Positions 18,010 through 28,568 of a stretch of DNA of 64,000 nt are shown here, one piece after another. Numbering within the stretch: the first letter of the stretch is position 1; every line of letters starts with the position of its first letter. The notes under the pieces are model-generated. The model worked only from the letters and a program-made list of their open reading frames with translations, searched no databases and was not told the DNA's origin. Source of the stretch: Verrucomicrobiota bacterium (GTDB lineage: Bacteria > Verrucomicrobiota > Verrucomicrobiia > JABWAM01); the NCBI GenBank assembly GCA_023269615.1, contig JAHFSY010000020.1, positions 3,873-67,872 of the forward strand, written 5' to 3'. The position numbers and the translations under genes were made by a program.

Positions 18010-19038
18010 ATGAGCAAGAAACGATTGGGAATGTTAACCGGAGGCGGCGACTGCCCCGGCCTCAATGCGGTCATCCGCGCGATCGCCCGCAAGGGCATGC
18101 AGGATGGCTACGAAATTGTCGGCATCCGCAATGGCTGGAAGGGTATGATCGAAAAGGATTTCATGATCCTTGACCGCGGCTCGGTCACGGGCATCCTTCA
18201 TCGCGGCGGCACGATCCTGGGCACGTCGCGCACCAACCCCCGCAAGATGGATGGCGCCGTGGAGCGCATCTTCCAGAATTTCAAGGATCTCAGCCTCGAT
18301 GTGCTCATTGCCATCGGCGGCGATGACACGCTGGGCGTCGCGTATGACCTTTACCAAAAAGGGCTCGCCACAATCGGCGTGCCCAAAACGATTGATAACG
18401 ATTTGCCCGGCACCGATTACACGTTTGGCTACGATACGGCGGTCAACATCGCGATGGAGGCCATCGACCGCTTGCACAGCACCGCCGAATCGCATCACCG
18501 TGTGCTCGTCGTGGAACTCATGGGACGCCACGCCGGATGGATCACCATCGGCGCGGGCATGGCCGGCGGGGCCGACTTCATTCTCATCCCCGAATTCCCC
18601 ATGACCATGGAAGAGGTTGCCGGCCAGATCAAGAGCCGCCATTCAAAGGGCCGCACCTTCAGCATCATCGCCGTCGCCGAGGGCTTCAAAATCTCGGGAA
18701 TGGACGTCACGCAGACGAAGGAGAAGGACGCATTCGGCAACGTGCGTCTCGGCGGGGTGGGGGAGATCGTGGCGCGTGAACTGGAGAAGCTCACGGGCTT
18801 TGAAACCCGCTTCGTGGTGCTCGGGCACGTGCAGCGCGGCGGTGAGCCCACTGCCTTCGATCGCATCCTGGGCACGCGGTACGGGCTCAAGGCGGCGGAG
18901 CTTGCGAGCAAGGGGCAATTCGGGAAGATGGTCGCCCTGCGCGGAACCGAGATCATCACCACCGACCTCCAGGCCGTCACCAAGAGCCGGCTCGTGCCGA
19001 GGGAATTGTACGAGGACGCCAAGGTCTTCTTCGGCTGA
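18010..19038 (+). CDS. pfkA: 6-phosphofructokinase (PPi-type signature)
   Basis: Motifs GGDCPGLN, GGDDT, PKTIDND, MGRHAG, LGHVQRGG. Confidence 0.93.
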   Translation: MSKKRLGMLTGGGDCPGLNAVIRAIARKGMQDGYEIVGIRNGWKGMIEKDFMILDRGSVTGILHRGGTILGTSRTNPRKMDGAVERIFQNFKDLSLDVLIAIGGDDTLGVAYDLYQKGLATIGVPKTIDNDLPGTDYTFGYDTAVNIAMEAIDRLHSTAESHHRVLVVELMGRHAGWITIGAGMAGGADFILIPEFPMTMEEVAGQIKSRHSKGRTFSIIAVAEGFKISGMDVTQTKEKDAFGNVRLGGVGEIVARELEKLTGFETRFVVLGHVQRGGEPTAFDRILGTRYGLKAAELASKGQFGKMVALRGTEIITTDLQAVTKSRLVPRELYEDAKVFFG

Positions 19039-20015
19039 TGGCTTCTCTTGAGGGCAAAAGCGTGGTGGTCACCGGAGGCGCCGGCTTCATCGGCAGCCAT
19101 CTCGTGGACGCCATTGCCGCGAAAAAACCGTCGCGCCTCGTCGCCCTCGACAACTTTTTTCTGGGCAATCGGGACAATCTCAAGGACGCCTCCGCGCGTT
19201 TTCCAAAGCTGGAGATCGTGGACCTTGACGCCACCGATCTTCCGAAGCTCCGTCGCTTTTTCGAAACGAAACCCGTGGACGTGGTTTTTGACCTCGCCAC
19301 GATTCCTCTTCCAGCCTCGCTCGAAAAACCGCACTGGTCGTCGAAAGTCATCTGCGACCTCGCGCTGAACCTCTGCGAATTATGCCGCGAGGGCGCGTTC
19401 AAGACGCTGATCCATTGTTCCTCCTCCGAGGCGTACGGGTCCGCGCAATACGTGCCGATGGACGAGGAGCATCCGTTGAAGACCGAGACGCCCTACGCGG
19501 CGGCGAAGGCGGCGGCTGCGTTGCTGGTGGATTCCTATCGCCGCACATTCGGCATGGACATGGCGATCGGGCGACCCTTCAACAACTACGGCCCGAGGCA
19601 GAACGGCCGCGATTTTTCCGGCATCATCCCGCGCCTCATCCAGCGGATCATGAAAGGCGAAACACCCGTGATCTTTGGCGACGGCAAACAGACCCGCGAT
19701 TACCTGCACGCAAACGACACCGCGCGCGGACTGGTGCTGCTCTACGAAACGGAATCCGCACGGGGCCAGACCGTGAACCTCGCCAGCGGCCAGGAGCTCA
19801 GCGTCCTGCAGATTGTGGAGGATGTGTCCCGCTTGATGGACTGGAAGAAACCGCCGAAGTTTGATCCGCCGCGACCCGCCGACGTGCGCCGCCATTGCGC
19901 CGGAGTGGAGAAGGCCCGCAAACTGCTGAATTTTGCGCCGCAAGTCGGGTGGAAAAAAGGAATCGAGGAAACCGTCCGCTGGTACCAGGCGAATCCCGGG
20001 CGTCTGTCTCCGTGA
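19038..20015 (+). CDS. NAD-dependent nucleotide-sugar epimerase/dehydratase
   Basis: Motifs TGGAGFIGSH, SSSEAYG, YAAAK, RPFNNYGPRQ. Confidence 0.93.
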   Translation: MASLEGKSVVVTGGAGFIGSHLVDAIAAKKPSRLVALDNFFLGNRDNLKDASARFPKLEIVDLDATDLPKLRRFFETKPVDVVFDLATIPLPASLEKPHWSSKVICDLALNLCELCREGAFKTLIHCSSSEAYGSAQYVPMDEEHPLKTETPYAAAKAAAALLVDSYRRTFGMDMAIGRPFNNYGPRQNGRDFSGIIPRLIQRIMKGETPVIFGDGKQTRDYLHANDTARGLVLLYETESARGQTVNLASGQELSVLQIVEDVSRLMDWKKPPKFDPPRPADVRRHCAGVEKARKLLNFAPQVGWKKGIEETVRWYQANPGRLSP

Positions 20016-20830
20016 GCCTGCTTTTAAAATATCAACGCAGCGCACGCGAGGAAGCTATCCGCTGCTTGATTAAACTGGGGATTGCGGCGGTCATCATATT
20101 GCTTTTGCTATGTTATTTGCATTCAAAGTCACCGGGTCCCGGGGTCTATGTTATTTCGCTGGGAATCTGGCTCATTGCGGCCATTTTTTCTCTCGTTACC
20201 AATGTGATTCCACATTGGAAGAGCCCCAAAAGCTTTGAATTCGTCATCACAGACACATGGGTCGAATCCTCCAGCCCGCATCCAAACTTTGGCAAAAATT
20301 TTCGTGTCAAGATGGACGACATTGTCGAGATCAGGGAGGAGCGCTACGCCAGGGCTCCCACATCCTATTTCATCGTTCTACGTGACGAAACGGCGTTTCA
20401 GATCACGGCTGATTACGGAAACCCCGTAGGTCGAATCGTCTCGACAATTCAAACCCTGAAATCCCGGCCGGTGCCCAAGGTTTTCATGGGTTCATTGGTT
20501 CGGCGGCTGCTTGCCGGATTTCTGGATGAAGTTTTTAAATGGCCGAAAACGAGGGTGTTGAATCCGCATGAGGACATGACTTCATCAGCGGCCGGGAAAG
20601 AAAAACTCGGAGATATTCAATCGCTTTGGATGCCGCTGGAGGATCATGAGCTGGATGTTCTCATCGCGCGCGCAAGACGGTTGAGCAAGGAGGGGCAGGA
20701 CGCGATATCACGAGATGTTGACCTCTGGATTGCTGCCGACAACTCCCCAAGTTGTGGCGCCGAGATGGCGTCAAACGTGTGGGAGATCAAAAAAATTCTT
20801 CGCAAGTATCTTGCGCGGTATGGTGGGTAG
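20012..20830 (+). CDS. hypothetical membrane protein
   Basis: GTG start overlaps the upstream TGA. Two N-terminal hydrophobic helices. Visibly AT-richer than its neighbours. Confidence 0.6.
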   Translation: MSLLLKYQRSAREEAIRCLIKLGIAAVIILLLLCYLHSKSPGPGVYVISLGIWLIAAIFSLVTNVIPHWKSPKSFEFVITDTWVESSSPHPNFGKNFRVKMDDIVEIREERYARAPTSYFIVLRDETAFQITADYGNPVGRIVSTIQTLKSRPVPKVFMGSLVRRLLAGFLDEVFKWPKTRVLNPHEDMTSSAAGKEKLGDIQSLWMPLEDHELDVLIARARRLSKEGQDAISRDVDLWIAADNSPSCGAEMASNVWEIKKILRKYLARYGG

Positions 20831-20925
20831 GGGGCGGCATTCCATTCTGCGTTTTCAGCTTGCCCCGTCCCCGGGCTGTCGGTACGTTCCACGCCTCGGT
20901 TTTCAATTTTTAACGACCTGAATTT

Positions 20926-21483
20926 ATGGCTACTGCAAATGATGTCCGCAAGGGGATGGCGATCAAGTATGGCGGGGAGGTTTGCATTGTCCTCGATACC
21001 CAGCACCGCACGCCGGGCAACCTTCGCGCATTCGTCCAGGCCACCATTCGCAGCATCAAGACGGGAAAGTCCTCCAACGTCCGGTTCGCTTCCACTGAGC
21101 CGATCGAGACGGTGCCCCTCAACCGCCGCAAGCTCGAGTACAGCTACAAGGATGGCAGCGGCTACTCATTCATGGATGCGGGAACCTTCGAGTCCATCAC
21201 GTTGCAGGAGGACCTCGTTGGTTCGTGCAAGGATTACCTCGTGGAAGGATCGGTCTGTGAAATCATGTTCAACGACGAAATTCCCGTCCAGGTCGAGCTC
21301 CCTCCCAGCGTGAGCCTGAAAGTGGTGGAGTCGCCTGAAGGTGTGCGCGGCGATTCATCGGGCAACGTGCAGAAGCACGCGCTGCTCGAGACGGGAATCA
21401 CCGTCAACGTCCCGCTTTTCATCAAGGAAGGTGAAATGATCAAGATCGACACGCGAACGGGGCAGTACATGGGAAGGTCTTGA
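20926..21483 (+). CDS. efp: elongation factor P
   Basis: Motifs HRTPGNLRAFVQ, FMD..TFE, PEGVRGDS, LETG...VPLFIKEGE, DTRTG.Y. Confidence 0.97.
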   Translation: MATANDVRKGMAIKYGGEVCIVLDTQHRTPGNLRAFVQATIRSIKTGKSSNVRFASTEPIETVPLNRRKLEYSYKDGSGYSFMDAGTFESITLQEDLVGSCKDYLVEGSVCEIMFNDEIPVQVELPPSVSLKVVESPEGVRGDSSGNVQKHALLETGITVNVPLFIKEGEMIKIDTRTGQYMGRS

Positions 21484-21497
21484 GAGGCGGCGGTTGG

Positions 21498-21600
21498 TGG
21501 TAGGGCGTGCTCGCCGAGCGCGCCGAAACGGTGATACGTGGAAAGTGGACGTGTGATTTCGATGGAGAACGACGGCGCGCTCGGCGAGCACGCCCTACCA
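21498..21600. repeat. GTAG REP doublet, family B (may also terminate efp)
   Basis: 28-bp perfect inverted repeat tggtagggcgtgctcgccgagcgcgccg / cggcgcgctcggcgagcacgccctacca. Confidence 0.88.
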
Positions 21601-21658
21601 CGGACCCGATGTCAGATCGGCTTGAGTTGTGATCGTTGCAATGTGTATCCTTCGTCTG

Positions 21659-22288
21659 ATGTTTCAAATCCGCACCTTGCTGTTGATGGGAATGATGGCA
21701 TTGCTGTTCGCCTGTTCCAGCACCAGCACTTCCAATCGGAAGGATATGCAGCGCGTGGTCTGCAAGCTGGTGGGCGTGGAGAAGGATGTTGCGTTATTCG
21801 AAAACCGTCGCACGGAGCCGGATGGAAAACTCATTGCCGTCTGGACCAACCGGGTGGACTACAAGAGTCTTGCGCTGGACGGAAAAAAGGAGAACCCCCT
21901 CAAGGCGGCGGTGGATGATTATGTGAAGGAGCTGAAAGTCAAGGCTGAGGACGGAGATCCCGCCAGGCAGTATCAGGTGGGACTCTTGTACGAGGCGGGG
22001 CGTTTTGTGGCGAAGGATGACCCGCAGGCGCTGATGTGGTTCCTGCGGGCGGGGATGCAGGGGCACGCTGGCGCGCAGCATGAGCTCGGGCTGATGTACC
22101 AGTTCGGACAGAGCGCCCCGCAGGATTACGTGGAGGCGTACAAGTGGTTCGAGCTTTCCGCCAAGGGCGGTGAGAAGTGGTCCGAGGAAAACCGCAAGGC
22201 GCTGGCCGGATACATGATCTGGGCCCAGGTGACGGAGGCCAAAAAACGCGCAGCCGACTTCAAGCCCATCAAGGAATCAGGCAAATGA
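21659..22288 (+). CDS. Sel1-repeat lipoprotein
   Basis: Lipobox LLFAC, repeats AQHELGLMYQFGQSAPQDYVEAYKW and RQYQVGLLYEAG. Start is approximate. Confidence 0.85.
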   Translation: MFQIRTLLLMGMMALLFACSSTSTSNRKDMQRVVCKLVGVEKDVALFENRRTEPDGKLIAVWTNRVDYKSLALDGKKENPLKAAVDDYVKELKVKAEDGDPARQYQVGLLYEAGRFVAKDDPQALMWFLRAGMQGHAGAQHELGLMYQFGQSAPQDYVEAYKWFELSAKGGEKWSEENRKALAGYMIWAQVTEAKKRAADFKPIKESGK

Positions 22289-22355
22289 TTCTAAAACCAT
22301 GAATGTTTAGGAGTCAGGAGACAGGAGCCAGAATCCAGAAGGTGAGAAATTCGGG

Positions 22356-23438
22356 CTAATTCACGAGGGAGATTGCGTCAAGGATCGCACGGTCGGTTAG
22401 AGGGATGCCGGTGACGACTTTGCCGATTCGTTTTGCGAGGACGAAGCGGATCTGGCCGTGGGCGGATTTTTTGTCCAGGCGCATCGCGGCGAGGATGCAG
22501 GATGGTTTCAGACGTTTCTTGGGACGTACTTGCAGTCCGGCTCTTGCGATGAGTGTGCGAATGCGTTGGGTGTCGGATCGTGGAAGCGATGAAAGTTTTT
22601 CGGAAAGTTGTGTGGCGGCGATCATTCCGAGGGCGATGGCTTCGCCGTGCAGGAGCTTGTAGCGTGCCGCCGACTCGATTCCGTGGCCGATCGTGTGGCC
22701 GAAATTCAGGATGGCGCGCAGGCCGGTGATTTCACGTTCATCGCGCGACACCACGCGCGCCTTGATCGCGCAGCAACGATGGATGACCCATGCGAGCTCG
22801 CGCGGGTTGCGGTGCAGGAGGAGGGTGAGATTTTTTTCCAGACGTCGGAAGAGGGGGGCGTCGGCAATGACGCCGTACTTGATGACCTCGGCGAGGCCGG
22901 AGCGGTATTCGCGTGTGGGGAGGGTCTTGAGCGCGGTGGGATCCACGATCACGAGGGAGGGCTGGTGGAAGGCGCCCACGAGATTTTTTCCGCCGGGAAG
23001 GTTGACGCCGGTCTTTCCGCCGATGGCGCTGTCCACTTGCGCGACAAGCGTGGTGGGGATGTGGATGATGCGGATGCCGCGCAGGTAGGTTGCGGCGAAA
23101 AAGCCGGCAACATCGCCGATCACTCCGCCGCCGATGGCGATGATCGTGGACTGGCGATCGAGGCGCGCGCGTGAGGCGGCTTTGTAAAGACGCGGAAGCG
23201 TGGAAATGTCCTTGGTGGGCTCGCCGCCGCGAAGCCATGCTGTTCCGGCGTGCCGTGAGCCAAGAGCTTGGGCGACACGACGGGCAAGCGGCCGCAGGCG
23301 CGCGTCGCATACGATGAGCGCGCGGGTGTCTCGCAGCACAGGGGCGCTTCGGATGGAGGAGGCGATGATGCCGTCACCGATCACGATCCTGTGGGAGCGC
23401 GGGCCGAGGGGAAGGAAGATTGTGCTGCTACGCGACAC
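22356..23438 (-). CDS. aroB: 3-dehydroquinate synthase
   Basis: Motifs GGGVIGDVAGF, PTTLVAQVDSAIGGKTG, LNFGHTIGH, LLHGEA. Confidence 0.96.
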   Translation of the reverse strand: MSRSSTIFLPLGPRSHRIVIGDGIIASSIRSAPVLRDTRALIVCDARLRPLARRVAQALGSRHAGTAWLRGGEPTKDISTLPRLYKAASRARLDRQSTIIAIGGGVIGDVAGFFAATYLRGIRIIHIPTTLVAQVDSAIGGKTGVNLPGGKNLVGAFHQPSLVIVDPTALKTLPTREYRSGLAEVIKYGVIADAPLFRRLEKNLTLLLHRNPRELAWVIHRCCAIKARVVSRDEREITGLRAILNFGHTIGHGIESAARYKLLHGEAIALGMIAATQLSEKLSSLPRSDTQRIRTLIARAGLQVRPKKRLKPSCILAAMRLDKKSAHGQIRFVLAKRIGKVVTGIPLTDRAILDAISLVN

Positions 23439-23440
23439 AA

Positions 23441-23511
23441 ATTTGAGATTTGAGATTTAAAATCTGAGATTGCGGCTTTTCAGTCTTTGCGCCTTTGCGT
23501 CTTTGCGCGAG
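23441..23511. repeat. 7-bp (atttgag) and 8-bp (ctttgcgc) tandem motifs between galK and aroB
   Basis: atttgag-atttgag-atttaaa-atctgag followed by ctttgcgc-ctttgcgt-ctttgcgc. Confidence 0.75.
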
Positions 23512-23521
23512 ACTTCTTTCC

Positions 23522-24631
23522 TCACACCGCTCCATCCGATGCTTCGACGATCCAGGACTTGGGTTCCTTGCCGCTTTTTTCGCGATACTGGCGGGTGAGT
23601 TCGGCGGCGAAGGCATCGGCTTCGGCGCGATAGACCATGCTGAGGGTGCAGCCGGCGAAGCCGCCGCCGGTGAGCCTTGCCCCGACGCAGGATGGCTGGT
23701 CCTTTGCAATCGCGACGAGCTGGTCGAGAAATGGCGTGCTGTTTTCAAATGCTTCGCGCGAGCTTTCCTGCGACTCGTACATGAGCTTGCCGAGCGCCTC
23801 GATGTCGTTGCGCAGGATCGATTCCTTTGCATGGAGGACGCGCTCGTTTTCAGTGGTGATGTGCATGGCGCGCTGGAAGACGCGGGGCAGGAAAAGACCG
23901 GCGTTGGTGCGCACGTCTTCGCTTTTGATGTCGCGAAGCGCCTTCACGTCGATTTTGGCCATATTGAGAAGCTTGACGGCCTCGGCGCATTCGGAGCGTC
24001 GCGCACTGAACTTGGAGGAGAGCATCATGGACTTCACGCCCGGGTGGCAGACGACGAAGCAGAGGTCGGGGTGCAGCGGCACAAGCTCGGCGCTTTCGTC
24101 GCGGAAATCGAGGAAGACCACGTGATCCTTTTTTCCCATCACCGAGACGGCGGGATCGAAGATGCTGGATTTGACGCCGACGAACTCATTTTCGCCCGCC
24201 TTGCAAAGTGCGGCGACGCCCATGCGGACCGTGGGGTCGTTGATGTCGCCCCATTCGAGCCCGAACGCCTTCTGGAGGAAGAACACCAAGGCGGTTTCGA
24301 CGGCGGCGCTGGAGCCGAGGGCGGCATCCTCGGGCATGGGGTTGCTCACCGTCGCCTCGAAGCCGCGCAGCGGGGCGCCGGCCTTCACCATCTGGTCAAT
24401 GACTCCCTTGCATGTGTCGGCCCACGGCGCGCTGGGATTTTTCTTGATGGCTTCGATGGGAAAACTTTCGTCACCCGAGCCTTCGATGTGAAGGGTCACC
24501 GTGCTGTTGTCGCGGGGTTCGCCCTGGACGGTGGCGCCCATGTTGACGGCGAAAGCGAGGGCATAGCCCTCGTTGTAATCGGTGTGATTGCCGAGGAGTT
24601 CGATGCGGCCGGGTGCGTAGGCGGAAACCAT
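23522..24631 (-). CDS. galK: galactokinase-like GHMP sugar kinase (divergent motifs)
   Basis: Motifs APGRIELLGNHTDYNEG, LGSSAA, GARLTGGGFAGC. Confidence 0.75.
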   Translation of the reverse strand: MVSAYAPGRIELLGNHTDYNEGYALAFAVNMGATVQGEPRDNSTVTLHIEGSGDESFPIEAIKKNPSAPWADTCKGVIDQMVKAGAPLRGFEATVSNPMPEDAALGSSAAVETALVFFLQKAFGLEWGDINDPTVRMGVAALCKAGENEFVGVKSSIFDPAVSVMGKKDHVVFLDFRDESAELVPLHPDLCFVVCHPGVKSMMLSSKFSARRSECAEAVKLLNMAKIDVKALRDIKSEDVRTNAGLFLPRVFQRAMHITTENERVLHAKESILRNDIEALGKLMYESQESSREAFENSTPFLDQLVAIAKDQPSCVGARLTGGGFAGCTLSMVYRAEADAFAAELTRQYREKSGKEPKSWIVEASDGAV

Positions 24632-24712
24632 GCGGGATTTATGGAATAAAAGTCTGGAAATGAAAAATCAAAAAGCGTGATTTTTGGCATGGGGGGAAGC
24701 TAGGCTTTGCGC

Positions 24713-25762
<1,050 letters not shown>

Positions 25763-25866
25763 AGAGCACGTGTTGATTGACACGATCTTGGACTTGATCG
25801 TTCATTTCATGGCTGGGAATATGAAGCCCGTATGTGTCCGGCGACAGCAAACGGCCTAAAAAGCCA

Positions 25867-25902
25867 TGCAACCTTTTGGCTCATATGAGCAAAAAGGTTG
25901 CA
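25867..25902. promoter_or_regulatory. 36-bp spacerless palindrome in an AT-rich intergenic gap
   Basis: tgcaaccttttggctcat|atgagcaaaaaggttgca, one mismatch. Confidence 0.5.
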
Positions 25903-26133
25903 GAGAACAGACGTCCGCATTTTCGCAATGTGACAATAATTGGAGCGACACCTTGCTCGTTTAGTAATACTTTATGAAAAAGTGATTGCAGATTCCTACG
26001 ATTTCAACGGGATCCGCGTCGTGTTTGAGGCGGTGGAGGGAATGTGCCGCCGGTTGTGGTTGGCCGCGATGGCTCAAGCGGATCTTAACAAATCGCGGCC
26101 TGACACTTTTGATTGGTGAAGTCAAAACACCGC

Positions 26134-26559
26134 TCAACTGCTTTTGAGATGCTTTTCGAAACCTGGCATCCATTCGGGCTTGGATGAAAATGACAGCCCA
26201 ACAATTGTCCATGAATCCTTCGGACGGTAGCACTGGAAGGTGAAAAATAGTGGAGCTTTTTCGAAGCGAACTAGAATGTGTATCTCTCGATAAAACGGAC
26301 TCGCGTCGACTTCCTTGATTAAACTGGTGCCGATGAAGGCTCCATATGTTTTCTCCGCAAGGCTCATTTGTTCTAGAAATATTTTTTTCTTCGCTTCCTG
26401 CTGGCTTCCATAATTCACATTCCACGTTTTCCAGGCCGCCTCAGCTCCGGTTTTTTGGTACGCGTCAAACCCCTTTGTAATAAAATCCGGAATGTCCTCT
26501 GCAAAAGAAGAGGCCATCAATGCGAGGCCAAACAAGATAAATGCCCGAGATTTTTTCAT
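26134..26559 (-). CDS. hypothetical secreted protein
   Basis: Signal peptide MKKSRAFILFGLALMASSFA. AT-richer codon usage. Confidence 0.75.
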   Translation of the reverse strand: MKKSRAFILFGLALMASSFAEDIPDFITKGFDAYQKTGAEAAWKTWNVNYGSQQEAKKKIFLEQMSLAEKTYGAFIGTSLIKEVDASPFYREIHILVRFEKAPLFFTFQCYRPKDSWTIVGLSFSSKPEWMPGFEKHLKSS

Positions 26560-26588
26560 AGGATCAGTGATTGTTTGCGTGGTTTCTT

Positions 26589-27167
26589 TTACTGTAAAAA
26601 TGCCGACGGCGCGGGATCTTCCTTCAGCGCGGACTTGAGGACGGCGGTGTGCCAGCATTCGCAGCCGACGATTGAGATCGCGGCGACCACGAGGCCGTGA
26701 TCGCTTAAATCGCCGGCGCCTTGTGCGTAGGAAAAGGCGGCGAGTTCCTCGATGGATACGGCCAGCTTGAGAATGTCATCCTGGCTGGCGAGTACGCCGA
26801 AATCATATTTCTCCATGGCTTCCACCGGTTTTGCGCCGAGGGACTGGATGGTTTTTGTGAGTTTGTCGCGATGCTGCTCGTGGTGGCCTTTGAATTTTAG
26901 TGCAACGGGGGAGATGGTGGCGTCGAGGAGGTTGGATGCGATTCCTGCTGCGTATGCGGCGATTCCCTTGTGTTCGAGGGCGAGCGCGTCTTGCAGGATT
27001 TTGACGTCGTTTCCGCTCGAGCCCGTGGATTCCTTCATGCGCGCGGTGGGGCGCGGTTCGTTGTTGCTGGATGAAGTGGTGCAGCCGGAGAGCGTCACGA
27101 AAGCGCCGACAGCGCCGGCCCATTTGAGGAAGTCGCGGCGGTTTTTAGGGGAGTGCGTGGTGTTCAT
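26589..27167 (-). CDS. Tat-exported ferritin-like domain lipoprotein
   Basis: Twin-Arg RRDFLK, LSGC lipobox, and di-iron-type helices ALALEHKGIAAY...HEQHRD...IEELAAFSY...ECWH. Confidence 0.85.
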   Translation of the reverse strand: MNTTHSPKNRRDFLKWAGAVGAFVTLSGCTTSSSNNEPRPTARMKESTGSSGNDVKILQDALALEHKGIAAYAAGIASNLLDATISPVALKFKGHHEQHRDKLTKTIQSLGAKPVEAMEKYDFGVLASQDDILKLAVSIEELAAFSYAQGAGDLSDHGLVVAAISIVGCECWHTAVLKSALKEDPAPSAFLQ

Positions 27168-27231
27168 CGGGGGAGGTGGGGCAGGATGATTTGGTGCGTG
27201 GTGTGGACACGACGGAGCGTGTCCCTCCGTT

Positions 27232-28524
27232 TTATGGCTTCGCCAGTGCCTGGATGATCGGGGACGAGTCCTTGGCGGCGAGTTCGTCGGCTTTTGAATC
27301 CTTGAGAAGCTTGAGCATGGCGAGGGCGTGGAATCTCGCGTGTTCCGGTGCGCTGGATTGGGCCACGGCAAGGAGGCGGGGGGCCAGGCTGCTGGAACCG
27401 TTTTTTGCGAGCTGGTAGAGGCGATCACGGGCTGCCATTTCCTCGGCGGGATTTTGTGACTGCAGTTTTTTGACGAGGACGCTTTCCGAATTTTTGTAAA
27501 GGCTGTCGGCGACGCCGGCGATGACTCCGATGAGGACGGCGATCCCGGCGGCGAGCGCGAGGGGAAAACCCTGGCGGGCGCGGCGGCGTTTGCGCAGTTG
27601 CTTGTGCAATTCGTCCACGCTGCGGCCGCCTGTGACGGTGGGCGTTTCGGTGACCCCGAGGATGTCGTTGATGATGGTGATGATTTCGTCCGCGCTCTGG
27701 AATCGTTCGGAGGGTTGTTTTGCGAGCGCCATGGCGACGAGGTTTTGCACCTCGGGCGGGAATTTTGCATCGAGCGCCGGCGGCGGTTCCTGCGTGTGCA
27801 AATTATAGAATTCGGCCAGCGTCTTTCCCGAAAACGGCAGTTTGCCCGTCAACAATTCGTGCATCATGATGCCGAGCGAATAGAGGTCGGAGGTGGTGCC
27901 GGGCTTGAGGGGCTTGCCATCGGGGCCTTCGAGTCCGAACTGTTCGGGTGACATGTAGGGGGGGGTGCCGACCATCGCGCCGGTTTGCGTGAGCTGCTTC
28001 ATGTCGGGCTTTTCATCCACCATGCGGGCGATGCCGAAGTCGAGCACCTGCACCATTTCTCCGCCCTCGGGAGTTTGTGCAAGGACGACGTTGTCGGGCT
28101 TCAGGTCGCGATGGACGATTCCTTCGCGATGCGCCACCTGCAGCGCCTTGGCGACCTGTCGGATATAATCCAGCGCGACGTCCATGGGCAGAGCGCCCTT
28201 GTCGCGAAGCGCCTTGCTGAGGGAGCGCCCTTTCACAAAATCCATCACCAGGTAAAAAATGCCATCCTTGGTGCGGCCGAAATCGTAGGTCGTGACGATG
28301 TGCGGGCTGCGCAGGCGGCTGGCGAGCTGGGCTTCGCGCTGGAAGCGCTCGATGAAATGTTCGTCCGATGAAAACTGCGGCAGCATCAGCTTGATGGCCA
28401 CCTCGCGCTGCATGAGCAGGTGCTGCCCGAGGAAAACACACGCCATCCCGCCCTGGCCGATTTTTTCAATCAGGACATACTTGCCCTCAATCGTCTGGCC
28501 GATCAGTTGATCGTACATGTCCAT
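27232..28524 (-). CDS. Hanks-type Ser/Thr protein kinase with TM helix and HEAT-like C-terminus
   Basis: Motifs IGQGGMA, VAIK, HRDLKPDN, DFG, GTPPYMSPEQ. TM helix FPLALAAGIAVLIGVIAGV. Confidence 0.95.
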   Translation of the reverse strand: MDMYDQLIGQTIEGKYVLIEKIGQGGMACVFLGQHLLMQREVAIKLMLPQFSSDEHFIERFQREAQLASRLRSPHIVTTYDFGRTKDGIFYLVMDFVKGRSLSKALRDKGALPMDVALDYIRQVAKALQVAHREGIVHRDLKPDNVVLAQTPEGGEMVQVLDFGIARMVDEKPDMKQLTQTGAMVGTPPYMSPEQFGLEGPDGKPLKPGTTSDLYSLGIMMHELLTGKLPFSGKTLAEFYNLHTQEPPPALDAKFPPEVQNLVAMALAKQPSERFQSADEIITIINDILGVTETPTVTGGRSVDELHKQLRKRRRARQGFPLALAAGIAVLIGVIAGVADSLYKNSESVLVKKLQSQNPAEEMAARDRLYQLAKNGSSSLAPRLLAVAQSSAPEHARFHALAMLKLLKDSKADELAAKDSSPIIQALAKP

Positions 28525-28568
28525 GCTGAAAATTACGGATTACGGAATTTGACCGGGCAGCGTGGTTG

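Noticed and set aside
27168..27770. Long N-terminal extension of the 393-aa ORF 26589..27770
   Set aside because: It overlaps the kinase gene in another frame and is low-complexity. The Tat signal places the real start at 27167.
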